Shown here one piece after another: positions 56,901-64,000 of a stretch of DNA of 64,000 bases (position 1 is its first letter; every line of letters begins with the position of its first letter). Below the pieces are notes generated by a model that saw nothing but the letters and a program-made list of their open reading frames with translations, searched no databases and was not told where the DNA came from. Both the position numbers and the translations under genes were made by a program. Source of the stretch: Paraspadella gotoi (lineage: Eukaryota > Animalia > Chaetognatha); assembly GCA_051294375.1 (NCBI GenBank), contig CM119263.1, positions 3,556,785 through 3,620,784 on the forward strand, in the 5' to 3' direction.

Positions 56901-58660
56901 AAAAATCAGCCTTCTAGCCTCTTCGATTTTTTAGAGCTGATTTTTTTATTTTTTTGTATTTTTTGCATTTTCTATGCAAAAACCATTATTCTTCAATGAG
57001 CATAGGTCGGACGAAATTTTTTTTCTCAAACAATTTTGTAAAAAATTTCAACTTTATAATTAGGCTTTTTTGGGAAATAAATAAATATAATTTTATATGA
57101 TGGGTACATCTAAAAGTTGCATTCCAAATTTTCTTTTTTTTCCCTTTCAAAATGTATTAAATAAAATAAAAATTATTTGTACGAGAACAATCGGCGTGCG
57201 AGGATGCCCATTGGTAAGCCCTTAGTTACCCCACTTCCCGACTCGAATTTTTAAATGAGGTTTTTTTTCCATCTATTTGGACATAACACTAAACTATTAG
57301 TACTATTTATTTTTTATTTTTTTCTATACAGTATCTATGAATAATATGAATAATTAAATTTTTACAAAAATTTTATCATCTTTCACCCTATAATCAGTCA
57401 TATCTAAAAAACAAAAAAAATTTTGCATTTGATATTTTGGAGTTCAACTATGAAACTATAACGTTTCAAAAAATAAAAGAAATATAATATTATTGAACAG
57501 TGAATTTTTTTTATTGCCACGCCGAACAGTAACGTTACGCTGATTTTTCATTGTGTCTTATTTTTATTTAAGCTTTTTGCCGAATAAAAAAAATATAACC
57601 ACCGTTTGGAACCACTGAACAAAAAGAATCTATTCACCCTTTTCATAAAGAGATGCAGCTGAATGTCCTCTCTTCTTTCTGTTCGCCTGAGCAAAGCGAT
57701 TAAGCGCTTCGTTTGAAAATCCTTTTCTTTTTGGTAAAAGACCTTGCGAGAAAAAAAAACAAAGAAAAAGCCTTAAAAAAAAGCAAAGAAAAAAAGCTAA
57801 AAAAAAAGTAAAGAAAGCGAGAAAAAGCCTTTTCCTTCCCTTGGATTCCGTGCGGGGCAAAAAAACTTTGCCGCCAGGCACGTCGGATTCCTCTTGTCTG
57901 CTCTCCTTGATTTCGTGGAGCGATTTTAAAGGCGTGGATGGAAGGCTCTGGGTGCAGTGGAGCATTTCGTTTGCTGCAGGAGCGCTTAGTTGGTGCGATA
58001 GCTGGAGTTGGTTTTACTGGTTCGAAAAGAAAGATGCGGCTAAAGGGGTGATGAGATATGAGCTACTCCGGCATCAAGACGCTTTGGGACCTGACAAACG
58101 TAAAAGCCTGGTTTCCAATTAGAGCTTAGGACTCGGCGAAGTGATATGGTGATGTGGAACGGCAGGTGAAGTGGAGTTATAAAGTGGAGCGAGGTGGAGC
58201 GGGATGGGAACTGCAGGCTGATTAAGAGTAAAAAGTGGAAAATCACAAATCGGCGTTTCGGAGGGAAGATGCAGACGAAAAACAAAGAAATTGAAAAGCG
58301 AACCAAAATTTACTTAGTATATTTTAATCGAGGTAGCCAAAATATAGTTAACCAAGCCCTAACAGCGTATATATTTTTTTATTGGAGCTGAGTTGCCTTT
58401 GGTGATAAAAATTATGGTTTTTTGAATCTACCGGGATTTACTCGCTATCACTAGTTTTTAAAACGATTTGAGAGAGCAGAAGCTGATGTAATGACAGCTT
58501 CGGAATCATTTATTTTCATATTGAAAAAAACAAACACCTCATTTAGCATAAAATTGTTGGTGGAAAAATCCAGGGATGTAATCACTGTCATATTCGTTAA
58601 TCAATGACGAAAACGTCATTTTGGGTGGGCACTTTAGCATCGTTACTATTCAACAAAGAG
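53955..58660 (+). repeat. Direct duplicate of 50710-53955 carrying an extra 1.35-kb insertion
   Basis: The junction at 53955 re-enters gcaggacttgacacggtagattgacatag (first seen at 50709) and stays collinear thereafter. Confidence 0.85.
56208..57557. mobile_element. 1350-bp non-autonomous TIR DNA transposon with 4-bp TTAT TSD
   Basis: Perfect 15-bp TIRs GACACAATGAAAAAT (56208-56222) and ATTTTTCATTGTGTC (57543-57557), with TTAT at 56204-56207 and 57558-57561. Empty sites at ~52895-52910 and, inverted, ~44185-44200. No ORF. Confidence 0.85.
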
Positions 58661-59688
58661 AGAGAAGACGAGAGAGAGAGAGACGAGAGAGAGAGAGAGA
58701 AGAGAGAGAGACGAGAGATGAGAGAGAAGAGTAGAGAGAGAGAGAGAGACGAGACGCAGAGAGGAATAAAAAGTCCAGGTTTTTTCATCCCTTGACAATG
58801 AGAAGCTTTCTTGACTTCGCTTTTANNNNNNNNNNNNNNNNNNNNNNNNNTTAAAAGTTCGCCGCTGCCGCCGCCAACGCCGCCGCCACCGCCAACGCCG
58901 CAGCCGTCGCCGCCGCGCCGCCCCCGTTGTCTCCCTCTCCGCCGCTTCCTCCGCCGCCTCTACCGACCGGATTTAATCAAATTTTCCCATCAACCGGATG
59001 TAATTGATTTCCTTCCTCCAACGCATAACGATTCCCCTCTTTCGCATTGAACTTTCAGTCTTGAGTTCAATCAATGTAGTTCTGGGGTCGGACACGTGCG
59101 TGCACGTGTAGGTTGCACCCGAGGGTTTGTGTGTACACCCAAAGCCAGCGTGTATACCTAAAGGTTTGCGCGCAATTTTTGTAGGCGAAAGGTCGTTTTA
59201 AATTAGTTGAGTTTAAAGTTAAAAAAGACATTGGGAGTTTGCACGGCCGAGGTTCTGTGCATTGAAACTTGAACCTGAGCCGGAAGTTTGCGCGGGTTGA
59301 CGCAAAACTGGGTGAGTTCGACCGTGAAAGGTTAATCGTTAATGTTTCTTTAGAATTATTTCGACATTCGACATCTATGTTCTATTTCAAAATATTAAAA
59401 AAATATTCTAAATCAAAATCTCTTGAAAAACTTTTACAAAATTTGAAGAAAATTCTAAATCCTATTTAAGAATAAAAAATTTTACCTTTTCCTTTGAATA
59501 ATAAAAGGAAAAACTTTCCTTAAAAAAGAAAAAAATTGACGAATAAAACGAATGGAAAAAATAATAATAAAATTTTATTTTCTTTCTGAAAAAGAAAATT
59601 TGTTGATGGTTTTTCCACCTGAACTCGTCAACTCATACTTTCCCAAACACCATGAATATCCTATGGAAATGACGCCGTTCTCGTCATG

Positions 59689-59758
<70 letters not shown>

Positions 59759-60180
59759 CGCCGATTTCGACGTGTGGCGTCTGGCCCGCGTCCCATTATG
59801 GCCGTTTAATGTGAATTTAATGTTGTTGTTTTGTTTACGTCGTTTATCTGTCGATGATTGGAAAACAGGAATAGTAACAAGTGCGAGAGGCGAAGCAAGC
59901 TTAATAAAACTCTATAAATATTCGGTGACGAACCAATAAAGATAGCTGTTCTATTATAAAGCGGATAAAAAGATATTTTGAATAGTTTACTAGAATCTAT
60001 TTGGATTTATTTATTCTTCCTTAACAAGCTAAGCCAAGCGGTGCCAAGCAAAGCCACGCCGTGCCAGGCCTGGCTGCGGAACTAAGGCGACGCCAAAGAA
60101 TGTCAGGAAAAGTTAAAAGATGCCAAACGAAGCTTAAGTCAAATGGTTTCCTTTCTTTTCTCGTTGGGGTATAGACGGTA

Positions 60181-60295
<115 letters not shown>

Positions 60296-60798
60296 GAGTG
60301 AGACGCTCGGAAGGAAGCTCGATGAGGCGTGTCGACCGCCATAAAAACAAAAACAAGGTAAGGAACGACAATGACGACGACGAGGAGAAAACGGCGTCAT
60401 GGGGTCGATGGTCTGGGAATGGGATCTGGGTCTCGCAATCTCCACCGACATTCACGCCCAAGAGGAATCAAGCTCTTTATAACCAAGCATTCTTGTTTTT
60501 TGGAGGAATTTTTAATTGATTAAGCTTCTGTCGCCTTGTACTAAGAGAGAAAGAGATAGCAAACGAATATTAGGCAAAGATGATAATCTATACTATATAT
60601 CTAGTATTCAATAGCTGACAATTACTGCTAAGTAGAAATCTTCAACAATTCTCAATTAACACATTTGTAATATATCTATAAATCATCACTTCATTCAATT
60701 TTAATTTCATATCAACTTTAATTTTAAAACTCATCTTCGTCTTCCTTTTCTCTCTTCGCATCTCAATCCTTCATTTGGTCGCAGATGTTGCTGATGGA

Positions 60799-60878
<80 letters not shown>

Positions 60879-61729
60879 TCGTCCCTGAGTTGAGAAAAGG
60901 GAGAAATGGGGATTAGTGGGGATAAGCGGGGACGACTGAGAACCGGTGGGGACAAGTGAAGGCGAGTGGGAACCGGTCTCGATACTAGACGGGTCTACTT
61001 CGTGGGAACAAGATGAGACGATTGGGGATTTGGTGACGAAAGGGAATTAAATGCTGTCAATTCCATCCAAAACTTTCCATCCCCAAATTCCATCTCCAAA
61101 TTCCATCCCTAAAATCAATCCCCATCTTCCATCCCCTTATTCCATCCCTCCATTCCACATCTCGGTGTTATGATCCCCTCATCTTCGACCTTCACGATTG
61201 TGATGAGAATCGAGCGGAAAAGCGTCCCTTCGATTTTGTGAGAGAAGAGACGCGCTGGCGCCGGGGTGAGGACGAAGCAGGGGGGCGTGGAGGTTTGATG
61301 GCGTCTGTTGCAGATGGTGTTGAGGTTTGTTGGCGTCTATTGCAGATGGTGTTGAGGTTTGTTGGCGTCGATTGCAGATGACGTCGGGTTCTGATGGCGT
61401 CGTTGCATTCATAGCGTAGTTAATCTTTGATGGCATTAAATGATTATTTTACATGGCATTCAAAACATTGGCGTTGTTGTTTGAATGCACTTACTGCAGT
61501 TGAATTGAACATTTTGCAGATGGTAGGGTTAATGTACTATGGACTGCTAATGGTGTCCCGGGTTTCTGGGTCCACAACATAATGGATTAGAAGAAAAATG
61601 TCACTGGCTTTTCGGAGCACAACGACAGACCGACTACGTGCGATGACGTTGACGCGGAACCACGTCGGCTCGTGACGATGTCAGTTTGTGATGTCGTTGC
61701 ATTTCCGGGTTCGTCTTAAAGAGAGAGAG

Positions 61730-61769
<40 letters not shown>

Positions 61770-62464
61770 AGGAGAGAGATGAGACGAGAGAGAGAGAGAG
61801 AGAGAACGATTCGAGATTTTGGATGTTAAAGGTTAAGTGTTTTTATGTCTGTTATTCGTCGAAGTTAACAATTTACAACTAAAGATATATCGCTGTATCT
61901 GTCATATACTGAATTATGTCAGATCTCGACCACAAAAACCACAACAACAACAACGACGAATATTAAAGCTGAAATGTCCCATGCGGAGGAAAAGGTCAGG
62001 GGATCAAGCCGGACGACCGCATCGAGTGAAAAATGGAATTCAAGATGCGATTCATGGGGATTAAGAACGCTTTCTGACGCGTGCGAACGCTGTGTTGAGA
62101 TCGGACGGACGTGTGGGGTCTTGGGTTGGGTCGCTCTTGCTTGGACCCCGATGAGACTAAATGGGATAGCATCAATGGGGTAGCTTTTCATTGGACTCGT
62201 AAAAGCTTTGGTGTGATAGGTCTTGCTTGGACCCATGATTGCTTGGATGAGGTTTAAATCTTGTTTTGTCTTGCGTTAGAAAGCCAAATTTGCTTGTTTT
62301 GGCCAATTCATTTTAGCTATTTGCTTGTTTTATTGTGGGCTGATTGATTCCGTAACTCAATAAAGATTTCGTCCGGGACTCAATTTAAGTACTAGTGCTT
62401 ACCCCCGCTGGGCATGAGTTCAAATAACTCCCTCCCTCCNNNNNNNNNNNNNNNNNNNNNNNNN

Positions 62465-62575
62465 TGGCAAAAATTGGCAAAACTGGCAAAAATGGCAAAA
62501 TGGCAAAATGGCAAAATGGCAAAAAAGGCCATAAATGGCAAAAATGGCAAAATGGCAAAATGACAAAAATGGAAA
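62465..62575 (+). repeat. (TGGCAAAA)n short tandem repeat next to a gap
   Basis: About a dozen imperfect 8-10-bp units. Confidence 0.8.
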
Positions 62576-62747
62576 TGAGAAATGAAAGATCTTGGAGGCG
62601 TAAACGTTGAATTGGCAGTTTAATGATAAAAAAATGGAAAAGGTTTTAATGCACTAAAGAGATTGAAAAAACGTGGGAGAGAGTAGAAGAGAGAGAGAAG
62701 AGAGGAGAAGAGAGAGAGAGCAGAGAGAGAGAGAGGAGAGAGAGAAG

Positions 62748-62788
<41 letters not shown>

Positions 62789-64000
62789 AAGAGAGAGAGA
62801 GAGAGAGAGAGGAGAGAAGAGACGCGCTCACTTGCGATCGGTATGTTTAATGCCGAGTATGGAGCCAAAGCCTAGCAGACGGAAGAATGAAATGTCGAAG
62901 GGAAGAAGACCCAGACCGCGAGAGAAGTAGACGAGGTATGGCACGAGAGGCAGGAGAAGAGGAGAGGAGGCACGGTCAAGGACGCTAGGAGGTAAGGCTA
63001 GTTGAGAACATGTTAGGGAATAGCAAGAGAGAGACAGAGAAGCGATGTGATTAGGTATACTACATCCTTGATATGTAGAAGGAGTCTCCCAGAATTATCC
63101 ATCACACGCGGGATATATGTGCTTCTTCCTCTAGAGTCAGAGGCTTCCGAAGCGGGACCTATAGGTGTTATTAGCTTGTTTTTTTATACGGACTCGCAAA
63201 TCTATCCGCAATGTATTGGGGTCTCGTGTGGTTTCTGTGACGGAGAGTACCACTCAGGCCGCGAAACCTGTAACTTTAACCGAGGGACACAAAATAAAAC
63301 ACGACAACATATTTGTAAACAGTCTTTAGACAAATACTCAGAGACGGGTGAGAAACAGAGACTACCATGTGAGAGGATTTACTATTTGTTTACTGTCACT
63401 CTATTTTCTTCTATTACTATTTATTAACCACGTACCAATGGTGTGTAGGGAGCGGAGAGGGAAACAGTCTGACGTACGAGGAAAAGAGACCACTGCGACA
63501 AATGCTGGGAGAGTGGACATGACAGATCCGAGCGAGGCAGTATGGTACAGTCACTTCCCCGCCGACATTCTCTAATCACGCTTAAAGTCCATATTCAAGT
63601 GAGTGCACGACGAAGTCTCAAAATGTGTCAGTTTAATATGGTCTTATTAACACGATACTGTTTGCACAGAATTTTGTACGTACGTTCTACCTAAGCGAGA
63701 AAAATCTTTTATTTGAGTCATATAGCAATTATTCTGAGAGAGAGACATTCTATATGATACAGCATCGCGCCCGACACACATTATATAGTATGCACAGGCA
63801 TATATATCTATCCCTTATAAATATAGAATCGAGCTCTCGCTTCCCGAAGAGCCCATTTAGTCGCACAGATTTGGCGTGGTCTACTTCGAGAGCAGCCCTC
63901 TCATAAGACAAAATCTAGAGTCTCAACTCATACAACCCACGTATTGGAGACAATCTTCACGCACTTGAGAGCAATCACCAGCGGGACAAGTGGCTCTCAA

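Noticed and set aside
62465-62575. Telomeric repeat
   Set aside because: Short, imperfect and internal; the unit is not a typical animal telomere motif.
62820-64000. Possible retroelement or foreign DNA with different composition (also 42290-42680)
   Set aside because: No RT, integrase or gag motifs. The near-random sequence adjacent to gaps resembles low-quality read ends.

Overview
Eukaryotic (invertebrate metazoan-type) draft-assembly DNA: AT-rich, short GT-AG introns, abundant (GA)n and trinucleotide repeats, several N gaps. The first ~26 kb holds five spliced genes that I assembled by hand: a glycine-rich-domain-protein (GRDP/DUF1399)-like gene (-, 220-3415); a highly diverged CNNM/DUF21+CBS-like gene (-, ~5787-6953); an intact 12-exon vertebrate-type repressor cryptochrome (CRY-m/CRY2, +, 10221-15008, 620 aa) with an E-box-rich promoter; an unidentified 9-exon gene (+, 15524-20285); and the core exons of a Kv-channel-interacting protein (KChIP, -, 21470-25175; first exon not found). 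From ~28 kb onward the window is mostly indel-riddled direct and inverted re-copies of neighbouring sequence, including a second KChIP copy. These most likely come from uncorrected long-read gap filling or haplotype duplication, but they expose two presence/absence TIR transposon insertions. Non-autonomous Helentron-like, SINE and MITE elements are present. I see no clearly new multi-gene system. The best leads are a Sin3-interaction-like motif in the CRY tail, the degenerate CNNM-like protein, recurrent microsatellite-linked duplication of exon ends with their splice donors, a tRNA-Gly/Helentron composite element, and an inverted repeat pair bracketing an in-frame 276-nt KChIP exon block. All homology calls are from recalled motifs, not database searches.
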